Positions 29,912 to 40,763 of a stretch of 64,000 bases of DNA are shown here, piece by piece (the first letter of the stretch is position 1; each line of letters begins with the position of its first letter). The stretch covers positions 234,852 to 298,851 of the forward strand of contig WJKM01000011.1 of NCBI GenBank assembly GCA_014729085.1, read 5' to 3'. A model generated the notes under the pieces. The model made no database searches and was not told the DNA's origin. It saw only the letters and a program-made list of their open reading frames with translations. Origin of the DNA: Candidatus Dojkabacteria bacterium. Its GTDB lineage: Bacteria > Patescibacteriota > Dojkabacteria > B142 > WJKM01. The translations under genes and the position numbers were made by a program.

Positions 29912-32900
29912 ATGTCTTCAGTTAAAAAAAAGCAGAATAAAGATACTTCAAAAAAAACAAATCTTTTGTTATGTAGTAAAGTTATATTTGATAGGCTTCC
30001 CGTTGGAATATTAATTTACAGCACAAAAACAAGAGAAGTTATTTACTTAAACAAACTACTAGAAAAACTATTATCAATAGAACTTCCAGATGTTAAAAGG
30101 AATATAACAAACGTTTTTAGTTCAATTTCAAATAAGAAAAAGAGAAATGAGGTAATTGATAAATTAAAGAAAAGTTGCAAAGTTAAGAACCAAGGAGATT
30201 TAGAGTCATTAAACTTTGAATATGAAATAATTTCCAATTCCTCGAAAAGGAAAATTAGGCAGATGTGTTTTAATTCCAAGGAAGAAGGGCTTATTTATAT
30301 GACTTTTTGGGATATTACCGAAGAAAAGGAGATTGAAGATCAAGTGCAAAAGTCGGAAAAGAAATATTTAGGTTTTCTCTCTAATCTTCCGGATAGCTGT
30401 TTTGTAATTGATGAAAACTTAAGATTGGACTTTATAAATAATGCAGCATGTAAGTTGTTGCAGATTGATCCCGAGGAATTTATAGGCAAGAAGTTAACCA
30501 AGATAATCCCAGATCGAAAACCTATAGCGATATACAAAGCCTTCAAGAGAGCCCTGCAAACAGGAGAGACAACACGAGTTGAAAGTCTGCTCATTCTCCC
30601 TGATGAAAAAGAAAGAGCTTTTGATATCTTAATATCCAAAGTAGAAGGCGGAATTATTGTATTAGCAAGAAATATTACGGACGAACATAAGACGAAATTA
30701 GCTTTGGAAGAAAGCAAACAAAAATTTTTTGAATTATTTGAAAATATGAGCAGTGGTGTGGCTATTTACGATCCCGTAGACGGAGGAGAAGATTTTATTT
30801 TCACTGATTTCAATAAAGCAGGTGAGTGGATAGAGGGGCTTTCTAGAGATGATTTAATTGGTACAAGAGTATCAAAGGTTTTTCCTGGTATTAAGGAATT
30901 TGGTTTATTAGATGTTTTAAGAGACGTTTATAAGACTGGAGAACCTAAACATCATCCAGTAAAATTTTATAAGGATGGCAGAATACAGGGATGGCGAAGG
31001 AATTATGTTTTTAAAATTTCTTCAGGACAAATAATTGCAATTTATGATGACATAACTGAATTGAAAAGAGCAGAGGAAGAAAAAAATCAGTTAATAAGTC
31101 AACAGAATATCTTGCTTGAAAATATTTCCGAGGGTGTTTTTTTAAAAGATACTAAGGGTAAGTTTGTGGCCGTTAACCAAGCTTATATAGATTTAATGCC
31201 CTATATCAATAAAGATCCTGCAGGAAAAGGATTATTTGAAGTTTTTCCTAAAAATATCGCAAAAAAATATAACAAACTTGAAAAGAGAGTATTAAAGGAA
31301 GGTAACAAAATTATTGCAGAGGGAGTATTAGAGCATAAGGATGGGAGGCAAATTGACATAATTTCTTCCTTAGTACCTGTTACAAATTCAAAAGGTGAAA
31401 ATACAGGTATTGTGGGAACGCTTTTTGATATGACTAAACAAAAAGAGGCGGAGAAAATTATTAAAGAATCAGAACAAAGGTTTAGAGTTTTATACGAAAA
31501 TGCTCCTATCGCTTACCAATCTTTAGATGACAAGGGCAGAATATTAGAAGTCAATAAGGCCTGGCTTACAATGCTTGGATATCAAAAGAAAGACGAGGTT
31601 ATAGGAAAAAGTTTTACTGAATTTCTTACTAAAAAGTATAGAAGTAAATTTAAAGGTAAATTTAATGATTTTAAGAAGATAAAAGAGATTCACAATGTGG
31701 AGTTTGAGATTAAGAAAAAAAGTGGGGAGAAAATCATCGCAAGTTTTGAAGGAAAGGCAAGTTACGATGAGAATGGAAAATTTGTAAGGTCTTTTTGTAC
31801 AGCGTACGATATTACAAAAAGAAAAAGAGCGGAAAGGGATTTAAAAGCCAGTCGAAAGAGATATAAGGCAATCATAGAGGACCAATCAGAACTTATCTGC
31901 AGGTTTAAACCTGATGGTGAAATAACTTTTGCAAATGAAGCCTTTTTGAAATTTTTTGCAAAAGATGGCCAGATAATAATAGGTTCAGATATTAAAGCTA
32001 CCGTATTTAAAGAGGACAGACAAAAGGTTAGGGGGAGGTTTAGCTTATTAAATAAAAATAAGCAGCTAAATAAAGGTCTAAACAGGAATGTTGACAAGAA
32101 CGGCAAGATGCGCTGGATAAGCTGGACTAACCGGGCAATATTTGACGAAACAGGCAAATTAGCAGAAATACAGTCCACAGGTAGAGATATTACTGAGGAA
32201 AGGGAGATGAATCTGGCGTTACGTGAATCTGAGAATAAGTATAGATCTTTGGTTGAGAATTTGAAGCAGGGGATTTTACTTTATAGTCAGGAAGGCGTAA
32301 TCTTTCTAAATTCTGCACTTGCAGAGATTGTTGGTATACCGGAATCAGAAAAAATTGAACCTCAGTTTTCTTTAGAAGAGATTTGGGAATATATTCATCC
32401 TGACGATCGAGAGCAGATTAGAGATAATGCTCTAAATAGATTCAAGGGTAAGAAAGTGACACCGAATTATGAGATGAGAATAATAAGAACAGATGGGGAG
32501 ATAAGGTGGGTAGAAGGATATTCAACAGTTATTGAATATTCTGGAAAACCTGCAATACAAACTGCATTATGGGATATAACTAATCAGAAAAAAGCCAGGG
32601 AGGAGCTCGAAAAAGCAAAACAATTAGCTGAGTCTTCTTCAAAAGCAAAAGAAGAATTTTTAGCAAACATGAGTCATGAGATCAGAACACCTTTAAATAC
32701 GGTAACTGGTATGTCCGAAGTATTACTTCAAACTGAACTTTCTAATGAACAAAAAGATTTTGTTGAGGCCATTAAACTCTCTTCTGATAATTTGCTTATG
32801 ATCATTAATGATATATTAGATATTTCTAAAATTGAAGCAGGGCAGATGGTTTTTTCTGATAATGTTTTTAATATTAGAAAGCTATTAGACAATACATTAA

Positions 32901-33766
32901 AAACCCAGATGTATAAAGCACAAGAAAAAAACCTGAAAGTTGGAATAATAGTTGATTCCAAAATTCCGAAAAAGCTTTTGGGTGATGAGGTTAGACTCAA
33001 TCAAATACTTTTGAATTTACTAAATAATGCAATTAAATTTACTTACAAGGGTAAAGTGACATTGCAAGTGGATTTAATAAGAAGCAAGGAAACGGAAGTG
33101 GAATTGCTATTTAAGGTTAAAGACACTGGGGTGGGCATTCCGCAAAGCAAACAGAGATATATATTCGATAGTTTTACTCAGGTTAAAAATCAAAAAGATA
33201 AAAAGACTGAAGGAACTGGACTAGGCCTTGCGATAGTCAAAAGATTGGTTGAAATGCAGGGCGGAGATGTAGAAGTAAAGAGTAAGGTGGGGAAAGGTTC
33301 AACGTTTAGTTTCAATATGAAGTTTAGAAAAATTTCAAAGAAAGAACAAAGAAAAAAAGATACCAACAAAGTCGAAAAGAAAGATAGCCTGAAAAAGAAA
33401 AAGATTCTGGTTGTAGAGGATAATGTTATGAACCAGGTTATTGTCGGGAGACTGCTAGAACAATGGGGAGCTGAAGTTGAGAAAGCAGGTGATGGCAAGG
33501 AAGCCTTGGATTATATGAAGAAAAGGAAGTTTGATCTTGTTCTTATGGATTTAAATATGCCAGGTATGGGGGGGTATGAGGCAACGGAAAGAATCCGAGA
33601 TAGTAAGGATGAAAATACTGCGCAAGTGCCGATTATTGCAATGACAGCCCATGCCTTTCTTCAGGTGAAGGAAAAAGTTCTAAGTTCCGGCATGGATGAT
33701 TATATTACTAAACCTTTTAAGAGTTCGGAACTCTATTCGAAAATAATTAATTTAATTGAGACGTAA
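29912..33766 (+). CDS. Cytoplasmic multi-PAS hybrid histidine kinase with C-terminal receiver
   Basis: About seven PAS/PAC units ending in DIT/DMT/NIT, H-box MSHEIRTPL, NAIKFT, DTGVGI, GTGLGL, receiver LMDLNMP; no TM segment. Confidence 0.93.
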   Translation: MSSVKKKQNKDTSKKTNLLLCSKVIFDRLPVGILIYSTKTREVIYLNKLLEKLLSIELPDVKRNITNVFSSISNKKKRNEVIDKLKKSCKVKNQGDLESLNFEYEIISNSSKRKIRQMCFNSKEEGLIYMTFWDITEEKEIEDQVQKSEKKYLGFLSNLPDSCFVIDENLRLDFINNAACKLLQIDPEEFIGKKLTKIIPDRKPIAIYKAFKRALQTGETTRVESLLILPDEKERAFDILISKVEGGIIVLARNITDEHKTKLALEESKQKFFELFENMSSGVAIYDPVDGGEDFIFTDFNKAGEWIEGLSRDDLIGTRVSKVFPGIKEFGLLDVLRDVYKTGEPKHHPVKFYKDGRIQGWRRNYVFKISSGQIIAIYDDITELKRAEEEKNQLISQQNILLENISEGVFLKDTKGKFVAVNQAYIDLMPYINKDPAGKGLFEVFPKNIAKKYNKLEKRVLKEGNKIIAEGVLEHKDGRQIDIISSLVPVTNSKGENTGIVGTLFDMTKQKEAEKIIKESEQRFRVLYENAPIAYQSLDDKGRILEVNKAWLTMLGYQKKDEVIGKSFTEFLTKKYRSKFKGKFNDFKKIKEIHNVEFEIKKKSGEKIIASFEGKASYDENGKFVRSFCTAYDITKRKRAERDLKASRKRYKAIIEDQSELICRFKPDGEITFANEAFLKFFAKDGQIIIGSDIKATVFKEDRQKVRGRFSLLNKNKQLNKGLNRNVDKNGKMRWISWTNRAIFDETGKLAEIQSTGRDITEEREMNLALRESENKYRSLVENLKQGILLYSQEGVIFLNSALAEIVGIPESEKIEPQFSLEEIWEYIHPDDREQIRDNALNRFKGKKVTPNYEMRIIRTDGEIRWVEGYSTVIEYSGKPAIQTALWDITNQKKAREELEKAKQLAESSSKAKEEFLANMSHEIRTPLNTVTGMSEVLLQTELSNEQKDFVEAIKLSSDNLLMIINDILDISKIEAGQMVFSDNVFNIRKLLDNTLKTQMYKAQEKNLKVGIIVDSKIPKKLLGDEVRLNQILLNLLNNAIKFTYKGKVTLQVDLIRSKETEVELLFKVKDTGVGIPQSKQRYIFDSFTQVKNQKDKKTEGTGLGLAIVKRLVEMQGGDVEVKSKVGKGSTFSFNMKFRKISKKEQRKKDTNKVEKKDSLKKKKILVVEDNVMNQVIVGRLLEQWGAEVEKAGDGKEALDYMKKRKFDLVLMDLNMPGMGGYEATERIRDSKDENTAQVPIIAMTAHAFLQVKEKVLSSGMDDYITKPFKSSELYSKIINLIET

Positions 33767-33769
33767 AAA

Positions 33770-34114
33770 ATGTATCAACATTTTGATCTCAACAAAATCT
33801 ATGAATATTTCGGAAAGGATAAAGCTATAATTCAAGAATTGATTGAAAAATTTAAAGAGGAGATAACCGAAGGAATAAAGGGGATAGAAATTTTTTTACA
33901 GAATGAGGAGTATGAGGGCATTGCAGATATTAGTCATAGAATTAAATCCTCGTTGCAGTATTTTGGAGCAGAAGAATTGCATGACTTAATTATAAATGTA
34001 GAGAAGATAGCAAAGTCCCAAAATGGTATAAAGCAGATACCCGTTCTTATTGAGAAATTTAATAAAATATATCAGGAATTGGAAAAAGAACTTATTGAAT
34101 ACAAAAATAGTTAA
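33770..34114 (+). CDS. Hpt phosphotransfer protein
   Basis: SHRIKSS..YFGA (HxxKS motif); directly after the hybrid kinase. Confidence 0.85.
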   Translation: MYQHFDLNKIYEYFGKDKAIIQELIEKFKEEITEGIKGIEIFLQNEEYEGIADISHRIKSSLQYFGAEELHDLIINVEKIAKSQNGIKQIPVLIEKFNKIYQELEKELIEYKNS

Positions 34115-34189
34115 TACTATGTTTTGAGTTTACAATCTTCTGTAAACAGATTATGAGCAGTAATTTTCATTGATTTGTAGATATGGGAA

Positions 34190-34606
34190 CTACCTGGACT
34201 CCAGGATTAAAAACTCTTGTTCCCCGAAAGGCGTAGTGACTTTAATTTTCTCTCCCTTTTGTTTTCCATCTAGAGCTTGAGCCAGGGGAGAATTCATAGA
34301 TATATATCCTTTACCTGGATTTGTAAGTGAAGGTAAAACAATTGTAAACTCTTTTTTTCTACCTTTATGCTTTAATGTAAAGGATTTTTGTTGGAAATCC
34401 GATTCATCAAGTTGGGCTAAATTTTCTTGCAAACTATCAATCTTTTTGGTGAGTAGCTCTTTTTTATCTTCTAGATGTTGTAGTATAACTCTATCTTCGG
34501 AATTATTTTCCAGTCTTTCTTGTTCAATCAGTTTAATAATTTCAGAAATTTTTTCTTTCAAATATTTGATTTTAGACAGTATTTTCTCTTTGCTTTGTTT
34601 ATCCAT
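34190..34606 (-). CDS. GreA/GreB family protein, divergent
   Basis: N-terminal coiled coil; ISMNSPLAQALDGKQKGE..VTTPFG. Confidence 0.8.
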   Translation of the reverse strand: MDKQSKEKILSKIKYLKEKISEIIKLIEQERLENNSEDRVILQHLEDKKELLTKKIDSLQENLAQLDESDFQQKSFTLKHKGRKKEFTIVLPSLTNPGKGYISMNSPLAQALDGKQKGEKIKVTTPFGEQEFLILESR

Positions 34607-34762
34607 GATAATTTTGAATAAAAACTAAAAGGAAAAAGTCCTTGATTTGTTATAGTATAACTAACTAAATATGAAGAGAAAGTGAAGTTAAATAAATAGT
34701 AGATTTATATGTTCCCTTGTATCTGAGATAATTACGCAATTATTTAATAAAAGTATATTCTT

Positions 34763-36034
34763 TTGATGATTAATAAATCTTCGGTCCAGACAGTAGACCA
34801 ATCTAACCTGAATAAAGTTTTCAAAAAACCACTCTATAACTCTTATTCTTTTAACAATATTACCGGTTCAATTCTTAAAATTTTTGGGAAAGCAGAAGAA
34901 ACAGGTTTACCAAGCGATGTATTTGAAGGATTCGATAAAAAATATAAAAAAGTTGTATTCATTTTAATTGACGCTTTTGGATGGAATATGTTTGAGAGAA
35001 ATTTTGAGAGAATAAAATCCCTAAAAAATATAGCTGTGATTTCACGAATTTCAAAATTGACTTCTCAGTTTCCCTCGACGACTTCTGCACAGATTACGAC
35101 TCTGAATACAGGTTTATCAGTGGGTGAAAGCGGAATTTACGAGTGGAGACAATATTCTCCTAAACTCGATCGTATTATTCTTCCGCTGAAATATTGTTAT
35201 TTGGGAGATAAGGAAAAATACACAATTCTAGAAGATGGCATTGATCCAGAAGATATTTTTCCTAGAAGTAATTTTTATAAGAAATTAAAAGATTCTGGAG
35301 TTATACCCTTTACTTTAAACTATTCTGGGTATGCAGATTCTCCATTTAATCAAGTAGTTAATAAAGATACTGAAAATCTAAGATATAACACTTATTCTGA
35401 AGCTTTAGTAAAGATTAGGGATTTAATTAAGACTATAAAGGTCAATTCATTTATTTACCTATATCTTGCAAATGTTGACTCGCTTGTCCATATGTATGGT
35501 CCTGATACATCTTATGTAGACGCTGAGATTGAATCATATTTCACTCTACTTGAAAATTTGCTTTTATCTAAATTGAACAACGAAAGAAGGGAAACGTTAT
35601 TTATTATAACTTCAGATCATGGTCAGGTAGCAACTAATCCTGAAACTACAATTTATTTAAATCAGAAAATACCGGGTATAGAGGAATATATTGAACGAAA
35701 TAATAGAGGAGAAATACTGATTCCTGCAGGGTCTCCAAGAGATTTCTTTTTACATATTAAGAAAAGCAGAGTAGAGGAAGCCGTAAGAATGCTCTCTGAC
35801 GAATTATTTGGTAAAGCCGAGGTGTACAAAACAAGTGAATTAATAAAGAAAGGATTATTTGGACCGGTTAATAAAGAATTCAAAAATATAGTTGGGAATG
35901 TTGTAATCTTGCCTTATGTTGGTGAAACAGTGTGGTGGTATGAGCAAGATAAGTTTGAAGTCGATAAACTGGGAGGCCATGGAGGACTTACAAAACAAGA
36001 AATGGAGATACCTTTTATTCTTTTTGAGTTATAG
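34763..36034 (+). CDS. Alkaline phosphatase superfamily, nucleotide pyrophosphatase/phosphodiesterase-like
   Basis: IDAFG, FPSTTS, DSLVHMYG, TSDHG, GHGGLT..EM.IP. Confidence 0.88.
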   Translation: MMINKSSVQTVDQSNLNKVFKKPLYNSYSFNNITGSILKIFGKAEETGLPSDVFEGFDKKYKKVVFILIDAFGWNMFERNFERIKSLKNIAVISRISKLTSQFPSTTSAQITTLNTGLSVGESGIYEWRQYSPKLDRIILPLKYCYLGDKEKYTILEDGIDPEDIFPRSNFYKKLKDSGVIPFTLNYSGYADSPFNQVVNKDTENLRYNTYSEALVKIRDLIKTIKVNSFIYLYLANVDSLVHMYGPDTSYVDAEIESYFTLLENLLLSKLNNERRETLFIITSDHGQVATNPETTIYLNQKIPGIEEYIERNNRGEILIPAGSPRDFFLHIKKSRVEEAVRMLSDELFGKAEVYKTSELIKKGLFGPVNKEFKNIVGNVVILPYVGETVWWYEQDKFEVDKLGGHGGLTKQEMEIPFILFEL

Positions 36035-36065
36035 TTTATGTTTACTTAAAAAATACTAACTGCTT

Positions 36066-36644
36066 ATGATGGTGAAACTGGGCAAAGATTTCTACCAAGA
36101 ATCAGCCATAGAGCTTGCTCCAAAATTTCTGGGCAAGAAATTGGTGCATGAAACTGAAAAAGGAAGAATTTCTGGGATAATTAATGAAGTGGAAGCTTAT
36201 CCCGCTCATGTGGACGAAGTCTCCCATGGAAATCAGAGAACAAAGAGGACTGAAGTATTATACAAATCAGGAGGATATGCCTATGTTTACTTGATCTATG
36301 GTGTCCACCACCAATTTGCAGTTGTTGTCAATAAGAAGGAAGTTCCAGAGGTAGTATTTGTAAGGAGCGTGATTCCAAAAGAAGGAATAGATTTAATGAA
36401 AGAAAATTTTGCAAGGGAAGTGAGAAATATAAGAAGATTAACTGGATCTCCAGGTAATCTATGCAAATCTTTTAGTATCAATAAAGAACATTATGGTCTT
36501 GATTTGACAACAGATGAGATTTTTATTGAAAACACCGATATTAAAATTTCTCCTGATCGAATTGTTTCAACAGAACGTATAGGTATCAGTAGCAAATTAA
36601 AAGGTAGTACTAATAAATTTAGGTTTAAGATTGATAGGATCTGA
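36066..36644 (+). CDS. DNA-3-methyladenine glycosylase (MPG family)
   Basis: INEVEAY, YVYLIYGVH, GSPGNLC, RIGIS. Confidence 0.9.
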   Translation: MMVKLGKDFYQESAIELAPKFLGKKLVHETEKGRISGIINEVEAYPAHVDEVSHGNQRTKRTEVLYKSGGYAYVYLIYGVHHQFAVVVNKKEVPEVVFVRSVIPKEGIDLMKENFAREVRNIRRLTGSPGNLCKSFSINKEHYGLDLTTDEIFIENTDIKISPDRIVSTERIGISSKLKGSTNKFRFKIDRI

Positions 36645-37266
36645 GAATATTTTGCAGAGGGCTTATGTCGATATGACTTTTACTAATTTCACTATCCTCT
36701 GTTTGTTTATATTTTTGAATAAACTCTTTTAAGTTTTGTATGAACCTTTTCCTTGAATACTTAAAAACTAGATTGTTGAATACAAACTCTATTCTTTTTT
36801 CAAGTTCGTTTCCATAGTGGATAATTGCTTTTTCGGGAAACTTGCCTGCTTTAAAAGCAAGCTTGATATATTCCCATCTTGTAATGTTTATATATTCGAT
36901 TTTGTCAGCATCGCATAAAACCTTGCTTTCGATTGAACTTAGTTCCTCCTTTGAGGCTGGACCGTCTATCTCGTCGATTACTTTAAGAACTTCATTAGAT
37001 TTAGAGTTGGGATATCCGTATTCTTGAAGCACTTTTATCAGTTTCTTATTCTTGTGGTTTTTGCGGTCTACATCATGCCACCATGCAGCAATGGTAATCA
37101 ATTCCTTGTCTACTTTTTTTGAAAGATTTTCGTTTAGAATTATTTTTAGACAGTTTTCCCAGACTTTGTAATGATGGGTTAGGTCATGGCCTAAGTCGAA
37201 AGGATTGTCCAGAAGTATTTTTTGAGCTTTGTGGATTATCTCGAACACAATAGTATCTATCTGCAT
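36625..37266 (-). CDS. HD-domain protein
   Basis: GHDLTHHYKV, AAWWHDV, LCDADKIE. Confidence 0.8.
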   Translation of the reverse strand: MQIDTIVFEIIHKAQKILLDNPFDLGHDLTHHYKVWENCLKIILNENLSKKVDKELITIAAWWHDVDRKNHKNKKLIKVLQEYGYPNSKSNEVLKVIDEIDGPASKEELSSIESKVLCDADKIEYINITRWEYIKLAFKAGKFPEKAIIHYGNELEKRIEFVFNNLVFKYSRKRFIQNLKEFIQKYKQTEDSEISKSHIDISPLQNILRSYQS

Positions 37267-37297
37267 AAAAGATTTTGTTTTTTTGAGTTAAAATAAT

Positions 37298-37939
37298 TTA
37301 TTTTGTTTGTTTTTCATAAAGCCCGATTAATTCAGCTTCGTCTAACACGTGTCCGTCCATAGCTTCTATTAGATCATCCTTTGTAGCATTTGTATCAAGA
37401 CCTAATTTTGTATCTAAAGCATAGAGTTTGAAGAAGTATCTGTGTTCTCCAATTGGCGGACATGGTCCTCCGTAATCCAGTTCATCAAAATTATTCGTTC
37501 CTTGGGTTCCTCCGTTCGGGATGGTGTTTTCTCCAACTTCGGTTGTTTTTGGGTCTATATTAAATACCACCCAATGCACCCAGGTCATTTTTGGGGCGTC
37601 TGGGTCTGGAGCATCTGGGTCGTCTACAATTAGAGCTAAGGTTTGAGCATTTTCAGGTACTTCAGAAAAAGTCAAAGGAGGGCTAATATTTTCCCCTTCG
37701 CAGGTGTACTTGGAAGGTATATTTTCGTTGTGGTTAAATTCAGGGCTTTTAATCTGCATAGTGATTTTTGGTGTAATAGATAAAGTAGATTCCTTGATTG
37801 GCTCTTTATTGTGTTCATTTCCTACAGGGGTTGGTTCTGGATCCCGGCTTTGGTCAGGAGAAGCTATGGCTAGAAAATAAAAGGCTATTGAGGCAAAGAT
37901 AATTATAAGTACTATTAAAACTGAGGCTGTATTTTTCAT
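37298..37939 (-). CDS. YbhB/YbcL (PEBP) family protein with N-terminal TM anchor
   Basis: YTCEGENISPPL, DDPDAP, VHWVVFNI, GPCPP.G.HRY. Confidence 0.92.
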   Translation of the reverse strand: MKNTASVLIVLIIIFASIAFYFLAIASPDQSRDPEPTPVGNEHNKEPIKESTLSITPKITMQIKSPEFNHNENIPSKYTCEGENISPPLTFSEVPENAQTLALIVDDPDAPDPDAPKMTWVHWVVFNIDPKTTEVGENTIPNGGTQGTNNFDELDYGGPCPPIGEHRYFFKLYALDTKLGLDTNATKDDLIEAMDGHVLDEAELIGLYEKQTK

Positions 37940-38123
37940 AATACTTTTCTTAAATTTTATCTTCTGAGTAGATAGTTACATTTTAGCATTAAAGATTATG
38001 TTACAAAACAATTTCTATCTGGAAAGAAGCGGGATTTTCTCCCTTTTTTTAAAAGTATATACTATCTCAGGAATAGTTAAGAAGATTTGTCAATACTTAA
38101 TTATAAATTTTACAACTAGTTTT

Positions 38124-38570
38124 ATGCTTCTTCCTACTCATTTTTGGATAAGTACATTAGCTGCGAGTCAACTAGACCTTACAGGTTCTGATTTAATACT
38201 TGCTTACGTTTTTGGAACTTTTATTGATGTTGATCATTTATTCCCTTTTTTAAAAGAATATACAAAAGAAAAAGCGCAGTTTTCCGACTTATTTGATACA
38301 GAAAAGAGTTTTCATACTTTTGTTCATGAGCCGCTAGGTGTAATACCAACAGCAATTTTTTCCTGGCTTTTAAACTCCTATATACCAATTTTATTTTGGT
38401 TTGTTCATATATTCACAGACCATATAATACTAAAATCGAAAAAGCGTCCTTTTTATCCCTTTTCAAAGAAATTTTATAAGTACGGTATTTTTCCTCAAGG
38501 TACAAAAATAGAGTGGATTATTAGTTCTCTTTTAAGTTTTGCAGGAATAATCTGGCTGATACTTTTTTAA
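38124..38570 (+). CDS. YdjM-like membrane metal-dependent hydrolase
   Basis: PTH, DVDH, HTFVH, HIFTD, FYPF; ATG at 38124 preferred. Confidence 0.7.
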   Translation: MLLPTHFWISTLAASQLDLTGSDLILAYVFGTFIDVDHLFPFLKEYTKEKAQFSDLFDTEKSFHTFVHEPLGVIPTAIFSWLLNSYIPILFWFVHIFTDHIILKSKKRPFYPFSKKFYKYGIFPQGTKIEWIISSLLSFAGIIWLILF

Positions 38571-38654
38571 TTTTGATCTCTTATAGTAAATTGTTTTGAG
38601 ATTTTGAATATCAATGATATAATCCACTATATTTACTTCTAAATGTATTAAATT

Positions 38655-38987
38655 ATGGAACAACCAGTGTTTTTGCAGGCAATTGCGCCTTCTGGCCAAG
38701 GTCAAGAAGCTAAAGATCAGATAATACGTAGATTAAGCGGATTTGGAATTGATTTCGATCTTACTGTAAGCCGGAGCAAAGAAGAGGGGCAGGTTGACCG
38801 TGTATATGGTATGGGAGTGGGCAATAGGCAAGGAGCGGAGATAGAGGCTACCAGGCAATTAAATGAAGAGGAATGGTTACCAGCTACGGAAGTATTGGCT
38901 GCATGGACTCCTAAACCTAAAGTTGCTATGCACCCAATAGGATTCATGGATTTACCTGCATTTACTTTACATGTGGAAAGAGAATAA
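38655..38987 (+). CDS. Orphan protein
   Basis: 110 aa; TTGAGA-N16-TATAAT (with TGn) at 38596-38623. Confidence 0.7.
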   Translation: MEQPVFLQAIAPSGQGQEAKDQIIRRLSGFGIDFDLTVSRSKEEGQVDRVYGMGVGNRQGAEIEATRQLNEEEWLPATEVLAAWTPKPKVAMHPIGFMDLPAFTLHVERE

Positions 38988-39004
38988 AATTCAACTCTAT
39001 TTAT

Positions 39005-39244
39005 ATGGAAGCCGAGGCGAGAAATATAGTTTACCCTTCAATCGTAATGGGAGAATCCTCTGATTCGTGGCCTGTTGCGGCTATTAGAATGGCAATGGAG
39101 CTAAGATGTGGAGAATGTGGTTTATCCCGTGAATGTAGACCTAAGGTAGTTGATGAAAAAGGTCCTCGAGGGCCCGGTATGCAAGGGGGATGTGTTCATT
39201 TACAAGCATGCCGTATTGCAAATTGTGGGCAAATGGTTGTTTAA
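39005..39244 (+). CDS. Small Cys-rich orphan protein
   Basis: CGEC, C, CxxxxxCxxxxC in 79 aa. Confidence 0.65.
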   Translation: MEAEARNIVYPSIVMGESSDSWPVAAIRMAMELRCGECGLSRECRPKVVDEKGPRGPGMQGGCVHLQACRIANCGQMVV

Positions 39245-39262
39245 GATATAAAACTTCTGTTT

Positions 39263-39649
39263 TTAAGTTTCTTTGTTTGGATCAATACCAATAGCTTCAA
39301 TTCTAAACTTATATCCTTCAGGACAAGTCCACGAACCATGTGCACATGGATAAGTACCTGGAGATAGAGCATTTAGTAAAGCATCGAATCCACTAAGTTG
39401 TACAGCTTTTACCTCTCCAAGTTTGACGTCTAAAGATAGTGGTTCATTGATTTTTAAGATGCTTTGTAGAATGTGCGGTTCTACTTGCGAGAGGGCGGAT
39501 GCAATTGGCAGACCTTGATCTGAGAATCCATCAGCCATCAATCCACTTACGCCTACTATACGAGCTAATTCATTTAAACCAGAACAGTGTAACAATGCTC
39601 TTGGGTCGCAGAATTCTATTTGTATTTTTGAGTAAGGTTTTATTTCCAT
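39263..39649 (-). CDS. Orphan protein with four Cys
   Basis: 128 aa; TTGAAT-N18-TATAAT (with TGn) on the minus strand 39678-39707. Confidence 0.7.
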   Translation of the reverse strand: MEIKPYSKIQIEFCDPRALLHCSGLNELARIVGVSGLMADGFSDQGLPIASALSQVEPHILQSILKINEPLSLDVKLGEVKAVQLSGFDALLNALSPGTYPCAHGSWTCPEGYKFRIEAIGIDPNKET

Positions 39650-40034
39650 ATCTATCCCATAATAATCGGTAGTTGTAATTATATCAATTGAAAAGTTTTT
39701 GATTCAAGCTTTTTAAACCAATATTCGTAATGGCAGTGATAAGAAATAGAAGCTTTGAGGCAAAAATTTTTAAAGGATAGTGGGAATTACAGAACTAAAA
39801 AAACTGAGGCCCGTTTTCATTGGAATTGCAGGAGCTTTATTTTTACATGAGATACAAGATGATATTGACGATGAAATTTTCGGCTATGAAGATTTGGAGA
39901 GGAAATAGCAATAAGCTTTGACGAAGTTATCGATAGAATAGGTGTCTTAGAACAAAAAGAAAAGAAAGGGAATAGAAAAAACCAAACTTCCGAAGCTTAA
40001 AAGAAGTCTAAAATTCTCTTTCTTATTAAAATTA

Positions 40035-40199
40035 TTAGGCTACAGCATCTAATACAACAACCAGTCCAATAATTCCAACCAATATTGCCATACAGACACC
40101 GACTATAATCAGTGCCATTTTATTCTTATCTTTTTGTGTTTTTTGGCTGTTTACTGCTTTTGTAGCTGCGTTTGCTGCTATTCTTTCAATAAGCCCCAT
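40035..40199 (-). CDS. 54-aa single-pass membrane protein (below ORF-track cut-off)
   Basis: MGLIERIAANAATKAVNSQKTQKDKNKMALIIVGVCMAILVGIIGLVVVLDAVA; lies downstream of operator site 2. Confidence 0.7.
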   Translation of the reverse strand: MGLIERIAANAATKAVNSQKTQKDKNKMALIIVGVCMAILVGIIGLVVVLDAVA

Positions 40200-40232
40200 C
40201 AGTATTTGTTAATAAATTTAAGTATATCCTAT

Positions 40233-40286
40233 ATTATATTGAGTTTGTAGTTTAAAAACAATGGTTTTGCAGATTTGCAAACAAAA
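40233..40286 (-). promoter_or_regulatory. Palindromic operator GTTTGCA-N4-TGCAAAA plus TATAAT (site 2)
   Basis: Palindrome 40265-40282; TATAAT on the minus strand 40233-40238. Confidence 0.75.
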
Positions 40287-40344
40287 ACTCTACATTGTCT
40301 ATTTTGATAATACAAGGGAGATTTTTTATTTGTGAATTTTTATG

Positions 40345-40725
40345 CTAGAAGTTGTTTGATAGCACGTCTTCTACGGTAAGGCTTAGTTCAATTAAATCCT
40401 CTATACTTTCTTCTGTGAAATAAGCAGATTCCCCGATCTCATTGTATTCATCGCCTATTTGGATTCTGGTTCTTCCCAAGATATCCTGTTCAGTAATTTG
40501 AAATATTAGATCCATTGTTGTGGGATTTAAGCAGACAATTTTATCAACTCCGTCATCCCGATCAAAGGGACCGTCTTGATATAACTCACACATCATCTCC
40601 TCAGTTTCAAAATCAGGAATGTATCTTTGGTCCAAGCTATGAGTCCAGAAACTTCTTTCTGTTTCCGAGTTCCAAGCGGTTATCTCAGAAAGTGGGGTAT
40701 TATCAAAAGGATTTTCGTGATCCAT
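40345..40725 (-). CDS. Acidic orphan protein
   Basis: 126 aa, one Lys. Confidence 0.7.
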   Translation of the reverse strand: MDHENPFDNTPLSEITAWNSETERSFWTHSLDQRYIPDFETEEMMCELYQDGPFDRDDGVDKIVCLNPTTMDLIFQITEQDILGRTRIQIGDEYNEIGESAYFTEESIEDLIELSLTVEDVLSNNF

Positions 40726-40763
40726 GGCTCGGATGTTTCATTAAATTGAAAAGTATTGAGCTT

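Noticed and set aside
30043-33498. Antisense ORFs inside the kinase, and similar ones inside valS, groEL and ftsA
   Set aside because: Shadow frames of well-supported genes, with no independent motifs
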